A stretch of DNA of 64,000 nt from Vicugna vicugna (Eukaryota). The notes below the pieces were generated by a model. The model made no database searches. It worked only from the letters and a program-made list of their open reading frames with translations, and was not told the DNA's origin. Shown piece after piece: positions 12,796-24,900 of this stretch. The stretch is taken from assembly GCA_013265495.1 (NCBI GenBank), contig MU061017.1, positions 1,981,587 through 2,045,586 on the forward strand, written 5' to 3'. A program made the translations under genes and the position numbers. The first letter of the stretch is position 1, and each line of letters opens with the position of its first letter.

Positions 12796-14084
12796 TTTTC
12801 TAAACCAGAAAGTGTGAACTGGCCGCCCGAGGCCTTGGGGATCAGCCGTTGTCGGAGGACACAGAAAGCCCTTCCCCTGCGTCCCCAACAGGTCCAAACT
12901 GCTATGTTGATAAGTGTGTGTCTTTGGATGCATCTGAGATGACGCAGATGAACACACAGAGCTGATGCAGAGCGCGCTTCTGCGAAGGGAGAGATGGGGT
13001 GCTTTTTCTGGGAGGAAGATATTCACAGTTGCTTTCAGAGTCTGAGTTACGCCTGGTTAGGAAATTTCAGTTACCCTTGCACCCGGAGAAAGGTGAAAGC
13101 TGAGGCAGGAGTTTGTACTGGGGGCAGTGGAAGGACTAATACAGTAAGAGAGGAAGGGACCCTAAGAAGCAGAGGGAAGGAGTTTGGAGTTAGGCGCAGG
13201 ATTTCCACGTACCATTTTTAAGCCTAATAATTCACAGTTTTGCCTTTGGGGAAAATAATCAGCCATTGTGCTCCAGTGGAAAACATCCAAGCGTTGCTTT
13301 TTCAGAGAGTCTGGGGTTCCTCTGGCCCTGTTTTGACTGGTGTCTTGAAGGCGAAATCACTGTCTTTTCCATGTGTGCAAAAGGTCAGGCGTCTAAATGG
13401 ATATCTCTTCTTGAAAAACCGTCTGCGATGAAAAATGTGTGCACGGAATCTGGGGAAGCTGGGAATTCCTTTGTAATTCTCATTTCTCTCCACGGCCCCC
13501 AGAGGAGGATACTGGGCTACTGGCCACATCTGTGTATGAAAACACTTCAGCCTTGCAGTGTTCTCCTGCCCCTTGAGAGTCATGTTCTGTTTGAAAAGAG
13601 CTGGAAAAAATGAAGGCTGTTTTTTCACTTGGGATAAGAAAATCCTTCTCTAAGCAGTAAGGGGAGTAACAGGATCCATGTGTTTGAAGCTGGCTGCTAA
13701 TACACAGCATATGGCCAGTGAACTTTCCAGGCAGAAATATGCTTCTCTTTCTCCAAAGAACATCCCAGTCAACTCCAGAAAGGACCATCACTCAGGTGAC
13801 GGGTGGCATCGGCACGGCTTCTGGGCTTCACAGGCCCACTGTTCCTTGGAACGGGAGACACAGACAGGGATCGAAAAGGTTCCAGTTGGCCTTCAGATGG
13901 GTGGCACTGGCCTGTCCCCTCTCTGTAAGGCTCCATGCTCCCCCAAATGCTCCTCTGTTCTGTTCGGGGCTGTGCATCTGAGGGCTGCCCCTCATGGTGG
14001 CCGGGTTGTTAGCTAGACTGAGTTGGAAACATTTTATCCTCTACTCACAGAGGCAGCATTCCATAATGGGGAGAACACTTACCT

Positions 14085-14170
14085 GGGAGTCAGGTGGCCT
14101 GGGCTCTGGGGCCACCCTGGTCCTCACGGCAAGTGACTTTACCTCTCTTTTCTCATCCAGAAAATGAGGA
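14085..14170 (+). mobile_element. MIR fragment
   Basis: ggagtcaggtggcctgggctct...ggcaagtgactttacctctcttttctcatccagaaaatgagg. Confidence 0.55.
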
Positions 14171-14439
14171 GGCGGGACATGGTGATGATTGGGACCCGCT
14201 TCTGCTCCGTCAGTTTAGAACTGAGTGACCTCTGACTCCATCCAGAGGGGAGTGATGGGAGAAACACGCCACGGCCGGGCACACCTGCCCCGGGAGTGCC
14301 GGGGCCATGACCCCAGCATTATGTTCCATTGCAGCTCTGTGAGTTGCAGGCAGAGTTCAGGGAAGGCAGGGGAAGATCTTTCACTACTCTCGGGAAGAAT
14401 TGCGTACTGGGCCCGAAATGAGTAATCAGCAGCAAAGTT

Positions 14440-14461
14440 AGAGAGAGAGAGAGAGAGAGAG
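14440..14461. repeat. (AG)11 microsatellite
   Basis: Read directly. Confidence 0.95.
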
Positions 14462-15915
14462 GCTGCCCCTCAGTGATGTAATATTTCTTCCAAACCAGCC
14501 TTTGGAAATTCCTGGGTTCCCACTTCTTTTCCTCACGATGGAGCACTCAGCATCCTCTCCTGGCTGGTTCCAGGTTCCTCACCCTTACCCTCGCTCCTCA
14601 CCTGTTCATTTCCTACCCCTCCACACCTTCCCTTTCTCCGCAGCCTCCGCTGGGTTTCTCCATGGTCTGCTCTGTCTGTAGGATGATTCAGAAGGCTGGG
14701 CCCCCAATAACTGAGTTGCCCTCACAACCCTCTTCCCCCGCCCCAAGCAGGCCCTTTGATCCCTCTGCTCCGCTGAGCACAAGCCTGGTTGCTTCATCAA
14801 AGGAGCACAGGCCGAGACCCGCAGCAGCTCAGCCCGCAGGCCGGTCGCCATGGCAACGAGCGTTCCCTCCGTTCTACTGTGAAGAGAAAATGGCTGTTAG
14901 GGGCGAGGGCTCGCTGAGTCTCTATCACCTGGCCTGTTTTGTCCAGGCCCCTCCTTCGTATGGGCTTTGAGAAGCTACCTGCCTTGAACCAAAGGTCCAT
15001 TGGCCTTTAGCTGGCAGATTTCCTTTACCTAAGAGGAGGAGAGGCAGAAGGAAGCTGAATCCAAATAAATAATAGCATATTTTTCCTTAACGCTCAAGCT
15101 GTATTTTTATGAGGAATGGTTATCTGCTCTGAGCAGATAAAGGAGGAACTCCGTGAATACAGGGATCTGTGAAATCCGGTGCGATGTATTTTGTCTTATC
15201 GGTGGAGGGGATTGACAGAACACAGGCACAGGCAAACACAGATGCAGTGCCGCAGCCAAGGGGTGCCGGGGATCCCGCCAGGCATGGCCTCCGGCATCTC
15301 GGAAGAGCTGACTGACTCCTTGGAGTGCTGGTGTTTGATGCAGTCTCCTCTTGGGCAAAGAATTACGTTGGTCCTACAGTCAGGAGGTCACTTGAGCATT
15401 TGTTTGGTACCCCCTGCTTTGGACTCAGTTTGGATCTTAACGATGAAGCCTTCCCCAGAGTGATTCAGCTCAGCGGTGCGGGGAGTTGGCAGGAAACCGT
15501 GTGCAGAGTTGGGGAGTTGCTGGTCTCCCCGTTAACACGCTTCAGGTTGATCATCCGAATGGAACGGGATGGGCTGCTATTTCTGTGAATCCCAGAAGTG
15601 TTGCTGTTTGGAGCAGAACCATAAGTCTTTTCAAGCGGTCAGAAATATTTAGGGCAGAGGTCACTCTAGGTCTCCCAGGGACCTCACCTTACCTGATGGA
15701 GGACAGCGGTTCCCCAGGGAAGGGCCTGGACCTTGTCCACTCCTGGCTCTGGCATGAGGAACTGGGATGGTGACAAGTTCTCAAAACCCAAACAACCTCC
15801 TCTCTTCACTCTTTCTTGAAGTGAGCGAGAGGTAGGGACCCCGTTTTTGAATGAAAACTCTGATTTCCCCGCTCAAAATTTCAAATGTGTTTAAACTGGC
15901 CTTTCTCTTTCTCAG

Positions 15916-15990
15916 TTTCTCTGCAGGTGGATATTGTTCCCAGCCAAGGAGAAATCAGCGTTGGAGAGTCCAAATTCTTCTTATGCCAAG
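15916..15990 (+). CDS. NCAM1: NCAM1 exon, Ig1 first half (75 nt)
   Basis: Acceptor ctttctctttctcag; encodes (V)[24 protein letters not shown]; donor is AAG|GCAAGT (GC type). Confidence 0.97.
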
Positions 15991-18900
15991 GCAAGTGCCC
16001 ACGTCCCACTGTATTGCCGGAACGCCACCCAGCAGGGCAGAAGCCAGGGGCTGTTTGTGTCAGGCTGATCACACTGCGGTGCCTGGGATTCTGGGCGTGG
16101 CTTTGCAGCTGGGTTGGCAGGCTGACCCCACTGAGAACCAGGGAAGTGCTCAGACCCTCTCCCTTCCCCTTGCAAAGGCTGCGCCAGCACAAAGAAATGT
16201 GCCTTGTGGACTGCTGCTTGACAGTGAAGAGATCTAGAGATTCTCTCCGGAAAGTCAGCACAACCCCCAGAATAGCGAGTCCTCCCCCCCTTCCCAGACC
16301 CCCAGCTCTGCATAAATCCAGAGTTCTGTAAATGATGCTGGAGAACAGCACTGGTTCAGAAAGGATGCTTGAGCGGGTCAGTGGAAGACTTATTCATTAG
16401 AATCCCCCAGAGCAGGAAAATTCAAGGAGTGCCTGCAAAAAAATTGAGAAGTGGTACCTTTCTTTGCTGTCAGGCACATGCCCTGGGTTTTCCAGCCCTA
16501 CCATGGGTGTCAGTATTCTGTCCCGTTGCCCCCACCAGAGTTCGGATTTTGTCGGACCTGGTGTCTTTTTTGTTGTTGTTGTTTAAAAAATATGCCCCAT
16601 TTCTACAGCCCGGCTAATTATCAGGAAATGTCCTGTGGAGAAAAGGCTTCAGACGAGGCTTTGGAGTTTCTGTGTGTGGCATACCTGGGATTTGGAACAT
16701 GAAGGAACCAGGGAAGAGCGGAGCTAGGTGTAAACTGTGACATTGAGCTAGCAGCTTTCGGCGGGGAGGGGCCTTTAAATGCTGTCACGATTTGTGCTGG
16801 ATGAGGTGGGCTGGTGGCCACAGGATGTGTTCCCTCCAGCTTCGCCTTCATTATAGCAATTTAAACGATCTGGAGATGCAGCCATGGATGCCACAGCACA
16901 TCTTGCAAATAGTGATATTTATTGAAAGCATGATGGGCCCTGAAAGGAAGACTGTTTCATTTCCACACTGAGCATCTGTGCAGGGCGGGGGTGGGGGGGG
17001 GCGGTGTGGGCCAGGGAAGGGCGCCATGCAGAGAGGCAGAGTGAAACCACTTCCGGGGATCGGGGATCGGGGATCCCAGAGCCCTTGCTCCAGCTCAGTG
17101 TGTACACAGCTCTGCAGCAGCATCCCCTCCCGGGTACCTGGAGGAAAGATGCCTGAGTGATGCCGGCTACCTTCTTTGCAGCAGTTTAAGGAAGTGCCTT
17201 TGTCTGTCTGAGACAAGGGGTGCTGAAATGACAGTGATGCCAATTTGTGCAGGCAGATACTAGAATAAAAGTGGTTGGAATCCACACTCCTAGACTAGCC
17301 AGTGTCTCATCTTCCACTTAGGAGAAGGTAATCGAAGCCCTCGAAAACAAGCTGATGAGTTGGCTCAGACCAGCTGGTCCTTGAGCTCGGATCCTAGATG
17401 TGCTAACTCCCTTTGCCCCCCGTTCTTTGAGGCTATAATCTCTTAGCTTAGCGCCTGACACACAGTAGGTCCTCAACACATTTCTCTTCCTTCACTAGGG
17501 ATAGGCCCACTGTGAGAAAAACCAGCCCAAGTGTTTGCTGATTTCTTTCTGAACACTGTGAGTCATGATACATGCATAACAATTAAACTTTGAAGCCACT
17601 GATGTAAATGGTCATCGCTCCCTAACCGTCACGCCCAGTGATCTCTCCTTCAGTAACTCTTTACTGAGCACCCACTGTCACCCTGCAGGGGTCTTTGTCT
17701 TCTCAGCATCAGTGGTTTGCAAATAATCTCTTCCTCTTTAGTGGCAGGAGATGCCAAAGATAAAGACATCTCCTGGTTCTCCCCCAATGGAGAAAAGCTC
17801 ACCCCGAACCAGCAGCGGATCTCCGTGGTGTGGAACGATGACTCCTCTTCCACCCTCACCATCTACAACGCCAACATTGACGATGCCGGCATTTACAAGT
17901 GCGTGGTCACGGCAGAGGATGGCAGTGAGTCCGAGGCCACGGTCAACGTGAAGATCTTCCGTAAGACCCTCCTCCTTCTCCTTCTGTTATTTCCTGTCCT
18001 CTCCTTTGGCCAGGAAGACACGTGGGTAGCAGACAGAGTGGGATGGAGGATGGAGTAGAGGACCGACGGCTAAGGGCTTGGTGGGACCCCTTTCCTCGCT
18101 TCCTCTCCCTGAGTCTTTTCCGAATGGAGCCAAGACTGCAACACAGTCTTAAATGATCCTTGGCCAACTCAGAACTCACAGCTGGATTCATGCTGGTCAC
18201 AGCTACCTCCTGCTGGCCTCCATTCTTTAAATTCAAATTACACATTCCTAGAGGGCTGGTATGGGTTCCCCTCTCCCTTCCCCAAGTCTTGGCTGACTTG
18301 TACAGCTCAGGTTTTCCTCTCTTATTTCACTCGTCCCTGCTGGAAATGGAGTGCAAAGGCTTGGTGGGACATTGCACAGTGATTATCTTAGCACTGGCAC
18401 TCAGAGCGGGCAGTTCTCATTGCCCCCGAAACCAGTCTGGAGGTGGCATCTCATTACCTTGTTATCGTGCATCTGTCCTGTTGGCCAGGGAGATGGTGGG
18501 TGACAGCTGACGGAACAGTATTGATCGCCATGGTACCCACTGCCATGGGCCTGCTTTCTTCTGTCCTGTTCTTCAAAATTCTCTCTGCTGTAGACAAGTT
18601 GGGGTAGGGGTGGCAGACAGTAGGGGAGACAGAGGAAGGACTGATGGCTCCTACGACTCGCTGTGGAATAGATGTTCTGCCAGCTGAGTCTACCTGTGCG
18701 TAGTGTTTCATTAACTCCATCCCATGTGGTGGGGACCCTGGGGAAAGACACTCCCTTTCACTTTGTAGACCCTTCTCTGCACAAAGTGATCAATTCACAC
18801 TCAGTGAATAGACGTTGATTGCCAAACACTGATGACATATTCCCCTACTTGTGTCACCTGCTCTGCCTGCATCTTTGGCCAAGTGATGGGTGGGACCCCC

Positions 18901-21900
18901 TTTTGTACCACTGTGTGTGTGTGTGTGTGTATATATATATAGAGAGAGAGAGACTCGAATCCAAGCAGTATGGCGCCAGTGAAAAGGAATATTTGTCAGA
19001 GAACCAGCTGTTTTCCCTCACTCTCCCCTTGCTCATTTTCCAGAGAAGCTCATGTTCAAGAATGCGCCAACCCCACAGGAGTTCAGGGAGGGGGAGGATG
19101 CCGTGATCGTGTGTGATGTGGTCAGCTCCCTCCCTCCAACCATCATCTGGAAACACAAAGGCCGAGATGTCATCCTGAAAAAAGATGGTGAGACCTGCCA
19201 GCTGCCTTTTCCCCTGTGCCACTGAGTTTCATAGAGTTTCCACCTCTGCCAGCTTCTGAGGCATTCCAACCCAATCTTAAATTCTGGGGTCCCAGAACCA
19301 CATGCCCTTTCCAGGTCAACGGGTGCATGTCTATAGCTTGTATATGCAGGCACTTGACTTTCTCGCCAAAGAAAGAGACACATTTCCGATAGACTTTTGC
19401 TCGTGGCTCTAGGTTGTTGCCAGGGACACATTTTCTTATTTCAGCTCAAAGCCCTCCCCGTTCCCAGCCCTCCTCTAACCCCTGTGAGACTGAAGGTAGG
19501 AAAAAGGAGAGGCTCAGTGACCTGCCTGCAGATACCAGTCCTCTGACTGCTCCCTGGATGAACCTGCCTCTTGTCTCTTCCAGTCCGATTCATAGTCCTG
19601 GCCAACAACTACCTGCAAATCCGAGGCATCAAGAAAACAGATGAGGGTACTTACCGCTGTGAGGGCAGGATCCTGGCCCGGGGGGAGATCAACTTCAAGG
19701 ACATTCAGGTCATTGTGAACGGTGAGGAGATCTGTTACTCCTGCTCCCTCCACGGCTACAACCTTGGTTCATGCATGATTGTTTGTTTTTAAACACTCTT
19801 GTCTTTTAGGTCCCCCTCAACTATGAGGAACTCCAGGGCAGTGCTTGAATGTCCTTCATTATGTTGCCCCACAAGAAACTTTCCCCATGCTTACTAATAA
19901 ATTCTTATTCACGCAGCACCCTTCTTGATGTTACCATAATTATGAAGCTGGTCCCCTGGTTCAGTGTCCAAAGAAAACATTATCATCAATTCAGGCCTCA
20001 GAATAGTCAGAGTCAGAGTCCACGGGCTTATTAATCTCAATTTGCAGTGTCAAATAAACACACCCGTGGAATCGATCTGACATTTACAAGATGTTTACAG
20101 GAAATTATAATGTCAGTTCTAAGAAAATAAGTAAATCATGGTTGAATTGTTTTGGATATTGAAATGTATCTTTTGCCAAACTCTCCCCCTCTCATTCCTT
20201 TGGTAAAAACAGTTTGTGCACAGGATTGTTTATGACAGTCTGAAGGAAATGTCACTCTTTGATGAGCTGGTGCATTTCAAATTGGGATTAACCATTGAAC
20301 CACTGGGAACAGGAGTTTTCAGCTTGTTCTGGTATCAAGAGTCCCTCTGAAATGTCAAGTTCCACCAGTCGTGGTTTGCATTGGTGGATTGGTATGCATT
20401 GATTGAGAAAATATATAAATAGCTACTATAAATTGAATGCCAGTTAAAAATGAACAAAGCACATTCATATGGCTTCTAAATCTATATTATTGAGAAGCAG
20501 TATTATTATATATTGTCATACAGACAGCAATATTACGTATTGTTGAAAAACACTACTGCATGTTGGTAGGTGAGTTATTCTGGTATTTATTATGGTGACA
20601 GTAATTATTCAGTGCACACCTGATTTTAGATCACTTACACTAACTTTCCAGCTGCCCGGGACTCTTGACCCCCTGACATTTCTTCTCTTCTTCAGTGCCA
20701 CCCACCGTCCAGGCCAGACAGAGCATAGTGAATGCCACCGCCAACCTCGGCCAGTCCGTCACCCTGGTGTGCGATGCTGAAGGCTTCCCAGAGCCCACCA
20801 TGAGCTGGACAAAGTAAGAAACCAGCCCGTACACAGACTAGCGGAAAAGGAGACCTTGCAGGGCCTGCTCTGTGTTGGCATTTTAGTGAATAGGGGTCGG
20901 TGGCTGGTACAGAATGGACTCTTTTCTGTAAAGTCCTCTTGCCTTGTGTGTGCATTGAATTCCTTCATTTTCAGTTTGGGGGACAAAACTCCAAAGCCCT
21001 CTTTGGAATTGTCGTGGGCGCAGTTTGCAGCCCTCGGGCAGCCTCCAAGGTCTGGGCTGAGGAATCACAGGTAGGCAGAAGCTGTGAGTATTCAGTCTTT
21101 GCCATGAGCTTAGTCTGCCTTTTGCGGAAACTAATTCAAAATAAATGTGGCAGGTGGGAAATAGCTCAGTGGTAGAGCGCATGCTTAGCATGCACCAGGT
21201 CCTGGGTTCAATCCCCAGTATCTCCATTAAAAAAATAAAAATTAAACAGTAAAAATACACCTCTCAGCTCCGTGGTCAAAATCACAGCACTCTGCATTTC
21301 TGCACCCTGTAGGGACGGGGAGCAGATAGAGAATGAGGAAGACGAAAAGTACCTCTTCAGCGACGACAGCTCTGAGCTGACCATCAGGAGGGTGGACAAG
21401 AACGACGAGGCCGAGTACGTCTGCATCGCTGAGAACAAGGCCGGCGAGCAGGATGCCTCTGTCCACCTCAAGGTCTTCGGTAAGGACGTGGGGTCAAGGT
21501 CACGGCTCTGCCACTTTTCCTCTAACCCGCCACCATCCGTCAGCAGGGCCTTGTCCGCTCTGCCAGGGGATCTACCCCACTTCTTGCCAGCTCCACCACC
21601 TAAGCCCCCAGTCCAGGCCATCCTGGTCCTCACCTGGTCATCGAGCCAGCCTCCTAGCTGGCCTCCGTCCCTCTCATCCATCCCGTTCAGTAGCTCCCAC
21701 TCACAGTAGCCAGAATAACCTTAAGCACCGCTCTTCTGTTTCAAATCCTCCAATGCCTTCCCAAAGCAACTAGAATAAGATCCATGGCCGGAGACCAAAC
21801 CCAGGCGAGCCCCCGACTTCCTTTCCGGCCTCATCATTTCTTCGCTGTGCTCCACAACAAAGCCCTCCCACCCTGGAAGCCCTCTTCCGGTCCCTCAGAC

Positions 21901-24900
21901 ACACCAGGCTTGTTCCCTGTCTCAGGGACATTGCACTGGATGCTTCCTCTGCCTGGAATATCATCCCCCAGATCGCCTCCGAGCTGCCTTCCTCCCATCC
22001 ATCATCCACATGTCAACTCATCATTCAGTTGCCTTCTCAGTGACTCTTTGCCTCACTGCTCTGGCCAGTGCAGCTCCCTCATCACCGCTGCCACCCCCAC
22101 TCACCTCCACTGCTCTCTCCTTCAGTGCCCTTCTCAGGACCTGAGCTGCTCTCATTTACATATTGGTTTTGGGGATCACTTGTCTCCACTAAGTGTAATC
22201 TCCAAGATGGCGGAGTGCTGGCTGCCTGATACATCGCTTCATCTTTGGTGCTCCAGACAGCGCCAGAGTCGTAAGAGGCCCTTGCTCAATATTAGTGACC
22301 GAGTGACTGCCTCTGCCTGTCCCTGGCCCGTGTGCGCACTGTCACAAAAGTCATGAAAAGAACCTCCACATCTCTACTCACTTTGTCTCTATAAACTCAG
22401 TTAACTTCCATCTGTTTAGAACTGAAATGCATTTTGACCTGACTTTGAAAAAATGAATTTGTGGTGGAGTGATGTTTGACCTAGTGGTTCTCAACTGTGT
22501 CTGCCCATCTTTTTAAAAAACACAGAGAAGCGGGTCCCCCATAGAAGGTGCTGCCAGAGTGCGCCCGGCTCCCGGTTGTCCCAGCGTGTGCCTGGGGAGC
22601 CCGCCTAGGACCTGCTTGTTTCCTCCCCAGGAGAACTCACCGCTGTTCCTAAACACAGACCTTTGAACATCAAGCATTTATGTGCAGTTGGACCTGCTAA
22701 TCCCAGATGAATCCTCTTTGCTCATGATAGTTGGGCGTAGGAACAGATGATCAGTGCGGTCCAAATTAACTGCACGTACTTGAGAAGGGAAGCTAAACTT
22801 CTTGGAAAACATTCTTGACAGTCATTTCTCTGATTCCTACTGGTCTTCCCCAGTCACTCTGATTTTGAGTTTTTCCATGTGACAGACACTTGCATTTGTT
22901 AATGTATTCCTTCATTTCACAAATACTTATCGAGCATCATTGCTGCTGGACAGAGGGACTACAGAGATCTCTGTATAATGTCTAAGTTAATGTCTTTTGA
23001 CCCTGAGAAGCACAAAGAGGGAGATAAACACATAAGCATATAAACTATAATAGATAGTATCCATCAACAACATTTGAGCACCTGCTGTGGACCCAGCCGT
23101 TGCCAAGGTTTCAAAGAGGAAAGCACTCTGTTCTCATCAGTGCGTTCACAGGCTAATGTAGATAATCCATGCTGAAATTTTTAATGACAGCCCATTACAG
23201 TGACTTCATCACAGCAATGTGCATGGTGTCCTGTAGGGGAAGAAAGATCTCTGGTCCTGCTAGAAAAGTCTCTGCAAATGTTACGCTGTTTCCCGCGTTG
23301 GAGTTTCCCAGATGCAGAAGAAGTGGATGCGCCTTTCAGGCCACCCAGCACAGGCACACAGGCCGGGAGCGCACGTGCTGTGCTGAACGTGAACCCCTTG
23401 TGGACGGGGACCTGCGTCTGCTCTACTGACAGATGTACCCCCACCTATAACAACGCTGCCTGGCATGTAGTAGGCACCAGTGTTTGAATAAAGGAGGGGA
23501 TGGTCATTGGTTTTGTATGAATGAAGCACAATGTAGGTGGCAGGGAGGTGGACCTCGAAACGTGTAATCATCACTTGTCTTCAGGAAATTCTTTTAGATA
23601 TCAGCCCCCTGAAATAATAATAATAATGCACAACACCAAGTAAGCCCATATCATACTATATGAATTACTATTCATAAATGAGCTCTTATTACCTCATCAC
23701 AGTCCTATGAGGCAGACTGGATTTTTATCCCCATTTCACAAATGAGGAAACTGAGCACGGAGACAGGAGGTGCCCCACCCGAGGAGCCAGGATTCAAACC
23801 CAGGCTTTCTCACCCATTCCCTGGTCTCACCGTGGTAGCTCCTCCTCCGTGAAACCCAGTGAAACACATGTTGTATCTGAATTACACGTGGAATGACTGG
23901 TAATTAGCGTCCTCTGCCTTTCCCTCCGTGGATTATGTCGATTCTCTGGGGAAGTACACTCAGTTCTCACCTGGCTGCTCGGGAACAGATCTCGCTTCTG
24001 GTCCAGGCCCTCTGGTGGGGTGGTGGCCCCAGGAAGGAGGAGTTCGGGGCGGGCTTGAGTGAAGAAGGTGGGTAAGGTCCAGGGAAGGGGGTGTCCAGGC
24101 AGGGTTTGTCTTTCCACTTTCCTTCCTTGTCACACATCCCCTGCTACATCACACACACACACACACACACACAGCCACATACACACACACTCTCTCTCTC
24201 TCACTCACTCCACTACCATCATTCTTTCCCAAGCCTGCAGCTGGGAGAATGTACGTCAGGCAGCCAGTAGAGCAAACAGGGAGATGTGGGCAGACTCCTG
24301 CAGAGACAGGTGAGAGGGTCACAGACTCCTAGGAACTGCGTCTAATCCAGGCCCAGCCAGAATGAGAACCCTCCTCTGTAACATCCCGAGGAGAGTCCAC
24401 ATGGGCTCCTGGGAGTAGCCTGGTACCCCGGGTCCACCCTCGTTTCCCTCTCCATCTCACATTCTGACCCCCTTTCTCTCTTCCTCCTCCTGGCCTCCCC
24501 TGTGGGTTTAGGAGACTGGGACTAGGGCCTGGGAGCCCCATGGGGCAGGACTAGCCAGTTGGGACTTCATCTTTCTTCCACCCTTTCTCCCTCTCCTTCC
24601 CCTGGCTTGCCATCGGGGCCCAGCACTAGGGGAGACAAGGGGCTGGTTCCCCAGTGGCTGCAGAGTCGCAGCAATGAGACAGAAGAGGAGAGGAACCGTA
24701 GCTTAGATAGTAAAGAGGTGCTCAGAGCTGTGGCTTCAAGAAGCGCTGGGAATGAGTGTGTAAGGGGCGTGTGTAAGTTCGGGACTGCCGTCATTGTCCT
24801 GACATATACCATTTTTTTCCTAAGAAAGGGACATGGTCTAGGAGGCACTGCCCTAGTTATCAGCCAGAAGCTCTTTTTACTAAGTGGTTGCATCCTATCT

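Noticed and set aside
21160-21216. tRNA-like A/B boxes (also ~35000-35080)
   Set aside because: Followed by a SINE body and A-rich tail, one with a TSD; no intact cloverleaf evident. SINEs, not tRNA genes.
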